A stretch of 64,000 nucleotides of DNA, taken from Octopus vulgaris. Taxonomy: Eukaryota. The notes beneath the pieces were generated by a model. It ran no database searches. It had not been told where the DNA came from and saw only the letters and a list, made by a program, of their open reading frames with translations. Both the position numbers and the translations under genes were made by a program. Of this stretch, positions 28,468-43,640 are shown piece after piece; the first letter of the stretch is position 1, and each line of letters opens with the position of its first letter. The stretch spans positions 38,688,001 to 38,752,000 of the forward strand of contig OX597825.1 of assembly GCA_951406725.2 (NCBI GenBank). The letters run 5' to 3'.

Positions 28468-28522
28468 GCCTTACAGTTGTTTCTGGGATACCCAGTGTAT
28501 GGGATATCTCGTCATCGGAGAC
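28468..28522 (-). ncRNA. Degenerate minimal hammerhead motif in a Penelope-like remnant (~28270-28800)
   Basis: Minus strand: GUCU-CCGAUGA-CGAGAUAUCC...GGUAUCCCA-GAAAC-AACU-GUA-AGGC. Confidence 0.5.
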
Positions 28523-29566
28523 AAATAGGGGAAATGAAAAGGGTATAGATTGATGAAATGACGACATAGAGAACATGAGTAAAAGAATATGGAGATGAAG
28601 AAAGAGAAGAAAAGAAAAAAACAGAAGCATCAAAGTTCGCAGTTCAACTTTCCGATCGTGCAGAAGTAAGTCCGTAAGTACTTAGGTGCAATTCTGCGCA
28701 AATCTGTGTAGGTTAAAGTCCTGATAGTGTAAATATCCAGAGATACGAACACATAAACGTTCAATAACAGAATGACATTGGAGATTGCTATTCAGTGGCA
28801 AAGGAAAGGAAAGAAAATAGATAGAAAGAGACGGAGAGAGAGGAAGTTAACGATTAGCGTTAAGGATGAAATAAGGTATATAAAGATATATTGTCTAAGA
28901 ATATAGCGTAAAAAATAGACAAGAAGAGAGAAGAGGAGGAGGTAAAGGTAGATTACCTAAAAAACAAAATAGACAAATAAAGTAAAATGAAAGGAATTTA
29001 AAGAGAATAGATGAGGCCAGTGATATTCTCCTAGTCTATAGGGGTTGGGGAGGAAATCTAATAATAAATATTTGTGTCCATTCTGGATAAGGTCAGTGGC
29101 TGCAGATTTATTTTTAGCAATGGGGTTATGGCTGTGTCGTGAGGTAGTCGTGAGTTGAGAAATTAGATGTATGTTAAATTGTTTAGGAGTAAGAGTTAGA
29201 ATTAAATATTAGGGGATTTATTAGGTTAAGGTTTAAAAATTAATTAAAGAATTAATATTTATCTTGTAAAATTATGTGATAAGATTGATAGAAGTGATAT
29301 AGAGGGGTATGTGTTAACAATCAAGGAGGTTATTTACCCTGCTGCCACTATTGTCATTAAGTAGAGTTTGCCCTTATCATCGTGTATCTCCCCTGCACCC
29401 AATCTTCACGTATTTCAGCTAATGACTCCCTGACACATTCCAGCTTCTGCTCCAAATGACGTTCACGGTTGAACACACCCTTACCCTGTTCACTAGAGAC
29501 TGCATTTTTTATCCCCATCCCTATTCATCTCCCGGTCATACGATCATATTTACCAGATATACTAGG

Positions 29567-29883
29567 GTAAAGGTTAAAGGCACACTTCGGTCATCAATGA
29601 CCATGGGATTGGAGCTAGAAAGTTACCCTCCGAGGCACAAGTCCGGGCAAGATTGCTATGGAAGCCAGCAGTCGCCCGTGAATACCAACCTTCCCTTTCC
29701 ACGCCACCGATGTTATCCAAGTGAAAATTAAATGCTGATACAGTGTGGAACCAGTGACGTCGCAACTCATTTCTAAAGCTGAGTGAACTGGAGCAGAGTG
29801 TCTTGATCAAGACAGAGCACAACACACATCCCGGTCCGGGAACCGGATTCTGTGCCAGACGCTCTAACCACTGATCCATGTGC
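29567..29883 (-). mobile_element. tRNA-derived SINE with RTE-like tail
   Basis: Minus head GCACATGGATCAGTGGTTAGAGCG (A-box), CORE-like GTGTTGTGCTC...CTTGATCAAGACACT, ending in CCTTTA-type repeats. Confidence 0.65.
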
Positions 29884-31318
29884 TTTCTTTTTTGCCAGAC
29901 ATAGTATTCCTATTATAATGACCTTCCTGTCACTTGCGAGTGCAACTTGATACATTATCTCACCATCTTAGTTCTATTCTAACCAGGGTATCTACAAAAA
30001 AATATTGTTCCTGACCCTTGGCCATACTTTAACATAAAGCTACATCTGTAAATAATACTTCACCTTCAGTTGTGTGTATGAAGCTCTACTGTGATTATGG
30101 GAGTGTATGTGCACATCTTACTGCAGGTATGTGTTCAGTTTTCTTGTATAGCTACATAGCTATTTATTAGCGAGCTGATCATTATTATTTTTTTTTATTC
30201 TCCAACTATTATTACTCAATACTAAATATTAATTATGAGGTGTAGAAATAACTGTTTTAACGTTAAAACCTATTAAAATATTCCATATGATAAGAGGCAT
30301 CATTTTAAACAAGGCAATTTTATTCCTACAGCATACAATGATTTAAACATTAGCAGCAACTTCTTTGCGCACAAAGAGCTTAATGTGATAGACATATACT
30401 GTAATACTATACTCAAAAAGTTTCGATAACAGAAGTAAAATAAACACATGTTAACGTAGCTTTCTTTCCGTTTTCTATAGTGTTCCAAAATGTTTACCTC
30501 ATCACCTTTAGCATTATTTATTTGTCCTTCGTCAAATATGTTTTTACTGTTTTCTAATATTTTGATAAATGTGCCACAACATGTAGAGCGTATATAAATT
30601 AAATTGAGGCTAACGGCACTAGATATAACTGAGGTTTTGAAACTCATACGTGCGCATAAAACTATGCGTCTGCATGTGTGCAGGTGTGCCCTTGTGATTA
30701 TCAGAAAGTGTGTGTGTGTACGTCAGAGTAAATAAGTGCATATGAGTATTAATGAAGGCATCAAAGTGTAATGAAATGAATATTTTTATAATCATTCTAT
30801 ATTATATTTATCAATTAGTTCCTTATTTCGAATAACATCAAACAAAATAGTCCCATAATTATACGATGGAAATTTAAGTTATTATAATACGCTCTGGTGC
30901 TTTCAGGTTATCTGAGAGCCAATTTCTTGTGACAGGAAAGACGTGTTAGCGACACATTTTACTATTTTCATATTTCTATCACACTTAAGAAATATAAATC
31001 AGACCCACCGATAATAACACGTCATCTGTATTGTCTTCATTTTATCTGTCTTATTACGAATTCTTCGTCAGTGGTATTCTGCTATCTGAATAAATAACTC
31101 TCTATAGTATATCCACATTTATATTACATAAGTAATTCTGCTGTGATATATACATCTGAGATAAGGACGCTGCTAAAAAACCATATTAGATATATTTATT
31201 GTATATTGCATTTTCAGTTCCACTACAGTACATTAACTAAGGTTATATTGTAAGGTTGGGAACAGGAAAATTCTTGACTCCAGATGCATAGAGATATCAT
31301 GTATTCATATTCACATAT

Positions 31319-31369
<51 letters not shown>

Positions 31370-32403
31370 TGGGTACAATCACACATACGTATGTGTGTGT
31401 TTATGCGCCATGAGGATTTACTTGGATATATATGAGGTACAAATACGTCACAAGAGAAATTATTACGCATAAAAGTTGTACTAATATTTTCGTCATATAT
31501 TGACAAAAATATCAATATTATGTAGTAATATGTTCCGATGTATTCAGACGAATTTACAAATAAATACAATAATTCGGTGATGCATTTGTTTGGAATAATG
31601 GGCATCTCTTACAGTAGTTTTTAAAACATATGCATACATTCGTACATACATAAAACACAGACATACACACACGTAGACCATAAGTGACCATATGTATATA
31701 AATACATACACTCGCATATATGAAATTTTATTAGTGTTTCTTGGAGAGAAAAGGGGGATGAATGTTTGGTATACAAGCCAATTCATGACAACCTCACTCG
31801 TTACACATTGAAGAAAATTTGCATTAAATTTGGAAAACTTTGTCGGTTACTATAGATCAGTGTACATTCAAAAGATGATATTTTGTAATTCTATTCCTTG
31901 TAAAAGATATACATTTAAAACACACATATACTTAGCTTCACATTAATATATACGTAGCTTGGTTCATACAAACATTCCTACATACACACACACACGCACA
32001 CACATATACAGCTAATAACCAATGACTGAAACACGTAAATGTTAGAAAGAAAACCCAGTAAAATGATACGTAAGGTAATTTGAAAGCACACACTTGTACG
32101 TTTAAATATGTATTTTAACTTTAACATTGGTAGATATTCCAAAGCTTACGTCAGCGTTAATATATATTATTAGTTATATCGTTTATCTTGATATATTTAC
32201 GGCATGCATTACTGGGTACAGTGCTCGATATTCGGAAGCGACACCTGATTTTGGCACCAACCGTCTTTCGAGGTATAATGAATATGGAAGCACAATCCAT
32301 GCTCAATAAACGCTATGAACTCAACTATTAAGTCATATTTCCCTCTTGGATATGAATAGAATGCTATCGTGTTGGTAGGTATATATATATATATACATAT
32401 ATA

Positions 32404-32461
32404 TATATGCGTAAATTTTTAGATATATATATATATATATATCTAAAAATTTACGCATATA
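32404..32461. repeat. Perfect 58-bp palindrome centred on (TA)9
   Basis: TATATGCGTAAATTTTTAGA-(TA)9-TCTAAAAATTTACGCATATA. Confidence 0.95.
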
Positions 32462-34019
32462 ATTATATAAAATATAATCATAATTAAGGGCTCTGTATTG
32501 CCAGCGCCCATACGCTAAAAGTAGATGTCAAATACCTACACTCCACTGTAGACATACGTGCTATAAGCTACACACAGAAAGAAAAGCTTATCGTAGGCAA
32601 AGAGGTAGCAAATATATATGTGTGTGTATATATATAGTAAAAGCTATTCAATAAGCATAAAATAAAGTTAAAGTTCTCTAGCGCTAAGCAAAAGAAAAGG
32701 AAAAAGATAAGGAAAAGCATTTCGAAAAGCTCGTGAACACCTACACAATTGTACACGTAAAGAAACTACAAGATAAGCGCATTGTAGGCTAAAGAATCGA
32801 ATGTAGCGGAGCGACAGTTTCAAATGATGCACACAACGAATATACTTGTTTCATAAAATCCATTGTGAGAAAGCAGCGTCTTTATCGCAGTATATTCCGG
32901 AATTGAAGAACAGCATAAATATAATCATAAACCGAATAAAAAGAAAGAGTGTTTCCAGTTATTGAAATTGTTTCAGGATATGCTACCTGTGTACAGTATT
33001 GAGATATAACAAAATAATAGGATCCAGATTAAATTCGTTTCTTAAAATCAGTCCAAACAAAAAACACTGAGAAGAGGTAAGTTTTAATATACCAATGCTT
33101 AAGGAACAACAAATGAATTTACCCCACACAAATGTTTAAAGACGCCCGATATAATATTACGATCCATCGCAAAAGAGTATATCTAACACATAGTTTGCTA
33201 CGAGGAATGAATTTCCAAAAGAATATGCAAGGATATATACTTAACCATTCAGGTTCGAATGAAAACTCACATTTTAAGCAATAGATCATATGATTCACAT
33301 AATCAACAATGAAACAGCAATAAAAAGGGATAAGCTATAAAAAACAAAAAATAGCGATAGGGATAATAGCACAGAAAAAAAAACATGTGAAGTTATACTT
33401 TATGAAAGAGGTAAAGAAATATGATGACTACAAAATAAAAGGATGCCAAAGCAATGTCAACAGTCATGGGTTATAAATCTTTGATTTGTAAAACTTGAGT
33501 TTATTCGAGAATGAAGTTCAATTCACAAATGTACTCTAGATTTAGTATAGAGGACTCTTTCATTGGTAGATAAATAGCACATATATTTACATTGAGAGGC
33601 GTATAAAAGCAGTTGTCTGTACATAAACATAATACACTCATACACACGCATACTCACACGTTCACAAACCCATGCACATGTGCGTGTATATGTGTGCGTA
33701 CAAGTGCAGGCGAATATCGTCAAATATATTTGAAGCTGGCGGGAATCAAATTGGAGGGTAAGTTGCTAAATGAAAATAGATTGTAAGAAAATTTGCGTAG
33801 ATATATAGAAAAGGAAGGAAATGTTGGTTGGTGATGATTATATAAATGGCTGAGCGCTCATTTAAATTTGTTCATATCCGCTCCGTCACTATAGTGGGCC
33901 TTTAAATTATTACTGCTCTACTTCCATGTTTTCCGACGTTTCAGCAGTAAATCGATATTTTTATATGCAGTGTGCATATTTATGTGATGCAATACATAAA
34001 CATCCGCTCCTCATTTTGC

Positions 34020-34589
34020 TCGTCGTCGTCGTCATCATCATTTTATTCGTTATCATTGTATCTTCTTCAATATCGTTATCAACTTCATCAGTACCGTCAT
34101 TACGTGCACAGCAATCTCTTCCGTAGTCACCATCATCTTTGTCATCATCACTATCATCAGCACGGTTGTCATCGTGGTCGTGGTCGTGGTCATCGTCGTG
34201 GTCACCGTGGTCGTCGTCGTCATCATCATCATCATCATATCCTCATCGTTATTTTTTTTTATCCTTAATATCATCTCTTTCATAATCATACGAAGAATAA
34301 AGCAAAAAGATTCGGCAAAAACAGTAACAATGGACGATATCAAGACGGAAATAAGTCGAAAAGATAGAAGAAAAATTGGGAAGGGTTTGAACTGCGCTGA
34401 AAGAGAAACTGTTGCTCAGCCAGTTACGGTGCTACTAGTAGGCAATGAACGATAACTATAAAAATTGAATCAACGACAATCAATAACAATACTAATATTA
34501 AAGGAAGGAGATGATGGCTGCGGTAACGAAATTGATAATATGTACTAATATTACAAATTGATAATAAACACTAATAATACAATCAGCAA

Positions 34590-34671
<82 letters not shown>

Positions 34672-34760
34672 GCTGCTGCTGCTAATGCTACTGATGATCA
34701 TGATGATGACGATGATGATATGTATGATGATGATCAACAACAAAAACAACAACAGCAATA
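34020..34760. repeat. Compound trinucleotide low-complexity region (CGT/CAT/GGT, then ACT, GAT, CAA)
   Basis: Direct reading; source of the poly-T/S/H/D pseudo-ORFs. Confidence 0.9.
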
Positions 34761-36136
34761 GTAATAAGGATGAACGTTTGTGCCTAAAAGTGCAGTAAGA
34801 CTGCTGAGTGCGGTGTCTTCAAAACAACAATTCTCCCATTAATAGTAGTAAGAAAACAATAACGACGACAGAAACAGCAAATGGTGGCAGCAGTAACAAA
34901 ACAACAATATCGAGAACTAGAAGCAGCTGCAAAATTAAACTCCAATTCAGCAATTCAAAGAAAGTATTATACCACTTAAAGAAACACATCATTCTTGAAT
35001 CACTTCAGACAAGAGTGCAGAGCAAGAATTACAGCGGTAATAAGAGAACATAGAGTGTACCAGTAAATTATAAACACGCTAACAAGAATAATAACTTTGA
35101 ATTCTAGAAAATGCACCAATAACGAGCAAAGTTTTTCGACACTATTTATTCTCTGTAACTATCATTAGTATTTTCCATCCTATACCACTATTAAAGCAAA
35201 CGATGCCATCATCATCGTCATAACCACCATCTTAGTCCTCACCCATAGCATCTCCTTCATTATCCTCTCCATCTTCACCATAATCATCTTATATACACAG
35301 CTACAAACAACGTCAACAATTGGAGGGATTTTAACCAGAAGCGTGTTAACTTATCCAGAAAGCACAGACATATCAAACAAAGTTTGGCAACATTGCTACC
35401 CACAGCGTGTGCCAGACAAGTTGACTTACGCGCGAAAGATCAATATTTCTACAAGTTAATATGGATTATTGATGGCAAAATAAGAATATTTTTCAATCTT
35501 GTTTGATAAAGCTAAATCCACTTGGAACATGAACAAACATTTACTGAAATCAAATATTACGCTACACTACACAGACCTAAATAAATGGCTACTATTGCCC
35601 CAATGTGGTTTTTGAATCGGTTAGAAAAACCAGCTAATTTTCCTCAATTTATATTCTAGCGCCATAAAAATTAAGAAAGATAAAGTAGTCCTAAATACTA
35701 TTTTACCATTTCCTAAGTGAAGGCAAGGCAGTGTTCATGACACCGTGCCGGTCCAGAATATGCAAGACTCATGGTCAAGAATCTAATTTATATCGTCAAG
35801 CCAGAAAATTGAATTAAATGCTTGCAACAAAGTGAATTTAGCGAAAATCACCCACACAAGACATCAAGCCTGCGATCTATGTATTCGAAGCTCAGAAGTC
35901 AACCATAGCACATTCCAAATCATTTTGTTCAAAATTCTCACATTTATAAAACTCCATATCTTTGAACGGGCATAATGGTTTTTCTACCCTCCAGAGGATA
36001 AAAGTTAAAGACTCCCTTCGCCAAATTCCAACGGTCTTGTCTATCAAATTCATACATACATACATACATACATACTCATACACATACATACGTATATATA
36101 CATATTTATACATGCATATGCATACATATATGTGTC

Positions 36137-36167
<31 letters not shown>

Positions 36168-36201
36168 GAATGTATGTGTATATATCTATCTATCTAGCTA
36201 G

Positions 36202-36263
<62 letters not shown>

Positions 36264-38824
36264 ATATATTCAAAGCAGGATAAGCTTTCAAGAAAGTTTT
36301 AAATTGTTTCTATTTCAAGTGGGATGCTATCCGAGAGACGGCCTTGATATCTATTGCTCCGAAAGATGCAGCACCTAAATATCGCTCAAAATATGATTTT
36401 ATCTATTTAGGAAAGAATTTAGACCATGCATGCAGAATGAAACGAACATATTTGGTTAAATGATTTGCATGTTCAGCCGCAATAGCAACAACTAGGCAAC
36501 ACATAACAGCCTAGTTGATATAACTGCAAACGTAATAGTGTGGTTACGTTGCTCGCTCACAAGCACTATAGTTTCGTGTTCAATTCCTTTCAGTACCAGC
36601 TGGCAACTTGCAGAATTCTGTCATATCTAGCCGACCAAATCAACATAGTAGAAAATTGATATATTGAATTCCACGAGAAATTCCCGTCCTACAGGTTTCA
36701 GGATGAGTTCCTCCGTTGCCATGAGTAGTTTTAGAAACCATGAAAGAATGATTTCAATGTTGGTATTCCACCACAAATTGCGTTGCAATATAAAATATAA
36801 ATACGATTAATTGTAATACCTACAACAACATTTCTTCGTTATGTTGCAATAGATATAATAAAATTTATTTCAATGAAATATTTAAAGACTGTCTTGAAAC
36901 ATTTAAACAATTTAGTTTGGAACGCCATACGAGCTATACATAATAATTATAGCATGATCGATATCCACATGCCATTGCAGAATAATTTAATGTGAAAATA
37001 TTTAGCAAACTTCATTTAACGTCACTTGATTAGGCATGTGGAAGTGAAATATATTAGACCAATACAGAAGGTTGTCGAAAAATATCTGTCTATCTATTTA
37101 TCTATCTATCTATTAATCGGTCTCTTTTCCTCTCTCACCTCTATCTCTCTCTTTCTCTCTCCCCGCCTCTCTCTCTCTCTATGTATATATGAATGTACGT
37201 GCGTACTTATGTGTTTATAACAGCCTTTAGCGAACAAAAAACTTGAAAGGAAACACTTATCCTCCATATTTAATACCTGGCGCATCACTCTTCTTCACAT
37301 CTTGAACGATATTGACTTTGGTTCAAATAATTTTAAAACTAAATGTTCAGTATTCTCAGCACGACCGCAGTTTAATGAAACTCGTATCAAAACACATAAA
37401 TACATGTTTTGATGACTCATATTTCATATTTTCTTTCTCTGTACGCCCAGTATTTGTATTGAGAATGGGGAAAATATTATGGGGGGCGGGGTAAAAGAGA
37501 CAGACAGTCACAACAACAGCAGCAAATGCAAACGAATAAATCGCATCGAGATCTTGGAAAGGACAAAGAAATCAAAATGTTTTTATACAGAAAGAAACAC
37601 TAACATACTGTAGAAGCATTATGCTAAAGATGAGACTAAACACAGAAACAACATCATAGAATTATAAAGTTCATCTCTGCATCAATATCAATCATCATAT
37701 GGTTGCATCGCAAACAGTAAACACTATAAAATCAGAGTACACAAACATGCACCCCGTACGCCACAAAAACAATAGTTGTAAAAATAAGGAATATGATCAC
37801 ATCAATCACATTTGCAAGCAATATTAATAGAGCAAACAATAACAACCCTGAAATTCACCGAAACAAAAACATAACTGCATTAAGCATATTATGCACGAAA
37901 TAGAATCCTTTCAACACTGGAATTTAGGATCAATAACCAGCTGGCCCATAAACATAAACATATTGTTGTCCATTATAAATACAAAAGCACCGTAAAAGAA
38001 CCGGCAAGGGAGCATTGGTGGTATCGCTCATTTTGCTACAAGTAGCGCCAAACAATCAAATCACAAGCTACCGTCTTAATAAATAATGTAATACATTGCA
38101 AGAAATTCTGCAACAACTTTTGTTGTGAAGAGTTGTTGTGAAGAGTTGAATAACAAACAGGACTAAGATGTACATTGGTTTCCGTGGAGCTGGACGATGA
38201 GTATTTTATTTTGTTGGTCAACAGACTGCTGCAATATTTTAATGGAGTATAAATGGTTGAACCTTCCCCAGAATTCTCACATATGGTAAATCGCTAGGCT
38301 AATTAGTATGAGAATTGAAAGTAGAGGCATATATTTGCAAAGTAAATTTTTTTGTAATTCGATCAGGTTTCTCTGCGTGGTACTCGTATGTGTGCGAGTG
38401 TATGCGCTTACAGAATATATATAAACACACACACACACACACACACACATACATATATACATTCATGCATACATAATACATACAAACACACATACAGAGC
38501 TGCATATATGTTTATTGCAATGTCTCATAGACTGAGACGGATAGTTTTGCAATTTCTTGCAGAACAACTTGCATATCAGATTTGATTATGGTGATCGAAT
38601 GGATGTGTGGTACATTAGCTCACTCTCTTCATGAAAGCGACGTTGCCTGAAAGCTGTGCCATATGTCAGGTGTCGAAATGATCGCACAATAGCGAAAATG
38701 TAATGCACCAAACGCACCTGGAGTGGAAACCCAAATCACCCGAAACCACATCACTGTGACCACAAGGCCTAGTGACAATACACATGCATGCGTACATATA
38801 TAAATGCATACATACATGCATATG

Positions 38825-38863
<39 letters not shown>

Positions 38864-39156
38864 TTAAATGGATACATGCAGAGATATACGTGTATTAGAC
38901 AAGGTATACGTATAATTTCATATTCGCACATCTTACGATCACATGTATCAATGTAAGTATATTGTTAAATATACCCAAAATCTTTTATATTCTGAGATTC
39001 ACGAGTGTCAGACTTTATAACACGGTGTAATTCACAGAATTACGGCTCTAGTAGAGCGTATTGAATGGCATTGCCCATAAAACAATATCAGATGACCATG
39101 AATAACTACCCAGCTCGTCTCATTAGGAAATTCAGGTATCGAAATACTCTCACATA

Positions 39157-39556
39157 ACTCTTTTACTTCTTTCAGTCATTTGACTGCGGCCATGTTGGAG
39201 CACCGCCTTTAGTCGATCAAATCGACCCCAGGACTTAGTCTTTGTAAGCCTAGTACTTATTCTATCGGTCACTTTTACCGAACCGCTAAGTTACGGGGAC
39301 GTAAACACACCAGCATCGGTTGTCAAGCGATGTTGGTCGGACAAACATAGACACACAAACATACACACATATATATATATATATACATATATACGATGAG
39401 CTTCTTTCAGTTTCCGTCTACCAAATCCACTTACAAGGCTTTGGTCGGCCCGAGGTTATAGTGAAGACACTTGCCCAAGGTGCCACGCAGTGGGACTGAA
39501 CTCGGAACTATGTGGTTGGTAAGCAAGCTACTTACCACACAGCTACATCTGCACCT
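39157..39556 (-). mobile_element. tRNA-derived SINE family B, full length, best-preserved copy
   Basis: Minus strand: GTAGCTGTGTGGTAAG (A box), GAGTTCAGTCCC (B box), GTGGCACCTTGGGCAAGTG (CORE-like), internal (TA/TG) microsatellite, tail TGACTGAAAGAAGTAAAAGAG. Confidence 0.9.
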
Positions 39557-40496
39557 AACACTCCGGTGAATAACAATAGAAATATTTCAGAACGATTGAA
39601 TAGGAGAATATATACTGATTGCTTTCCCATTCTTGGAGATATGGAAATAAATCAATTGAAATTATTCGAAAATCTGTCTCAAAAACTATATGGGACTCTC
39701 ACGGATTTGTTTATCACATTAGTTCTCTGACTCCCTGATTGATAACAACAAAAATTGCTTGAATGATTTCCTTATATAGAAATTAGTGATTTGAGAATTT
39801 ATTTATTTACACCAACACTGAATAGAAACGATATACACAATGATTTTGTATAAACGTATGTTGCTTATGAAAATATTAAAACTACAGACAGCATACCATT
39901 TGAACGTCTGTCTCACAAACATGCAAATATACGCAGTCTGCATGCGTATTAATCTGTGTATCAACATCTATGTCTATGGGCAAACTCAAAGGTATGGAAA
40001 GATTAAATTAACCAAGGTACCGTGCATTAAGATGAAAGGCTATTACATGTTTGCCGAATGAATTTGTAAATCAGATTTCCACGTCTGTGCCCAACAACAG
40101 AGTGGCTCGATATGCCAGGAATATCAAACTGTGATACTGCAGTTTCACATCGTAGTACGTTCTTTCAAGTACTACGTAAGTTTGTTCTAGAAATCTCCAA
40201 GGTAAGTAGAACAATTTTAATCAAAAGTCTACTTTATCATGAATTACCTACTGCCAAATACCAACGTTGTCATCGTCACATTATTAATTCCATGTTATAT
40301 AAGTATATGGAATGCATTTCTCTTTTTGCATAGACGCATGTGCGTGTATGCATACACACACGCACATATACGTTTGTATTTGTGTGTGTGAGAAAGTGCG
40401 TATGTGCATGAGTGTGTGTCTGTGTCTGTATATGTCTACATTTGTATGTTTGCACATAAATGCAAAAATATATTACATACATTTATGCGAATAAAC

Positions 40497-40734
40497 TTTT
40501 ACTTGTTACAGTCAATCGCTTGCATCCATGCTGGAACACCGCTTCGATGGGATTTTAGTCGAACGACTCAACCATAGGACCAATTTTTTAAAGCCTAGTA
40601 CTTATTATATTGGCTTTTTTGCCAAACCGTTAAGTTACAGGGAACTAAATACACCAACAGTGGTTGACAAGCAGTGATGCGGAGACAAACAGACACACAC
40701 ACATAGATACATAGGTACATACATACATACATAT

Positions 40735-40812
<78 letters not shown>

Positions 40813-40875
40813 AAGTATTTTCTATTATAGCTTCACGCCGACTAAAGCCTTTTGTGTGGATTTCATAGAGGAAAC

Positions 40876-40928
<53 letters not shown>

Positions 40929-41012
40929 TTTCCCTCTACCAAATCCACACAGAAGGCTTTGGACGGCGTGAAGCTATACTAGAAGATAAAGATACTTCCC
41001 CAAAGTGCCACG
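40497..41012 (-). mobile_element. SINE family B copy with local inverted duplication
   Basis: Tail at 40497-40700; 40810-40880 is the reverse complement of 40925-41000 across (TA)n. Confidence 0.75.
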
Positions 41013-41685
41013 CCTTTGCCTATATATATATTTAATTAATTATATATATATATATATATATATACTTATATATAAACACTTACAAACACACACGGAGATA
41101 AAAGCAAACAAACCCATATATACACATACATACATACATACATACATACATTCATATATACATACATACATATGTACATACGTACGCAGACACATGCATG
41201 CATAAAAGGGGAATATTGGGCATAAAAGGATTCACTACAATATACAACAACACAAATACTATCAGCAGCAACAACGTTAAAATCATTTTGAAAAATACAC
41301 TGCTGCTGCTGCCATTGATGCTGCAACAACCTGTAACTGCAGACAGCAGCAACGGATTATGTTAAAGGATCGAAGTAAAACGAAAACCTTAACTCCCAAT
41401 AGTAATTTACTATTCGACTACTGAAGAAAATGTGGTTCTCTAATGATATTTATTGTCAATAGTGAATGTTTACTTCGAAGATGCGTAAGCAGAGGCTTCT
41501 CAAAATAGATGTTATTTTACTTTACTACAACGGTAGTTCTGCAAAGGGCAAAGTGATAGATCTAGCCTCTGATCATCACACACCAAAGTATACAGACGAC
41601 GCTGTTATGTATGCATTTTGACATCCTAAGCCGTAATGTGTTTTTATTATTTCTGAACGCTGTGCACGTTTGGTGTATGAACGTA

Positions 41686-42556
<871 letters not shown>

Positions 42557-42573
42557 TCTATCTATCTATCTAA

Positions 42574-42666
<93 letters not shown>

Positions 42667-42667
42667 C

Positions 42668-42711
<44 letters not shown>

Positions 42712-42733
42712 CCCACTCTCTCTATACGCATAC

Positions 42734-42785
<52 letters not shown>

Positions 42786-42859
42786 CGAATATGTACCTGA
42801 ATTATATATATACATATATATATGTGTATATATATATATGTGTGTATATATATTCGTTC

Positions 42860-43217
42860 ATTCTTTTCTTTTGGTTCAGTCATTTGACAGCGGCCATTCT
42901 GGAACACAGCTTCTAGTCGAACAAATAGACCTCAGGTCATATTCCTTGTAAGCTTAGCACTTAGTCTATCGTTTGCTTTTGCCGAAACTCTAAGTTGCGG
43001 GGACGTTCACACACCAGCATCAGTTAACAAGCGAAAGTGGGGGAGGGGTGGCAAACTCAGACAAACAAGCATACACACACATACATATATACGGCGGGCT
43101 TCTTTCCGTCTACCAAATTCCCTCACATTTCTTTGGTCGGCCCCAGGCTGTAGTAGAAGACACTTGCCCGACTGAACCCGGAATTATGCGACTGGAAAGC
43201 AAGCTACTTACCACACA
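42860..43217 (-). mobile_element. SINE family B, near full length
   Basis: TCAGTCATTTGACAGCGGCCAT...TTTTGCCGAAAC...GTAGAAGACACTTGCCC...AGCAAGCTACTTACCACAC. Confidence 0.8.
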
Positions 43218-43232
43218 TCATATGTATATAGG

Positions 43233-43303
<71 letters not shown>

Positions 43304-43535
43304 TTGTAAGAGACAGAGGTAGTTTTATAGTATATATGTATATTTTCTATAAGAATATAGCGGATGATATATGTTGGTTTCTTATATATTGCTTGCTTAT
43401 ACGAACATGCATACGCGTATAAATATGTACGAATATATGCCTAGTTTATTGCATATATATCAAGTGAATGTACACGAAATACGTAATTTGCTAGAAATAG
43501 CAGCCGATCTGTTATGTGTGCAATGAAGTGCGTCG

Positions 43536-43576
<41 letters not shown>

Positions 43577-43606
43577 TGTATGTATATATGTACGTATATA
43601 TGTACG

Positions 43607-43640
<34 letters not shown>

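Noticed and set aside
29140-29161. TGAGGTAGT let-7-like seed
   Set aside because: The rest does not match let-7 and no precursor hairpin is evident.
33926-34761. His-, Thr-, Ser- and Asp-rich ORFs
   Set aside because: Trinucleotide low-complexity sequence open in several frames on both strands, with no domain or splice evidence.
38012-38080. GCATTGGTGGT resembling the tRNA-Gly 5' end
   Set aside because: No cloverleaf or T-loop follows.
39480-39556. tRNA-like A/B boxes
   Set aside because: This is a SINE head rather than a tRNA gene; it continues into the repeat body found in many copies.
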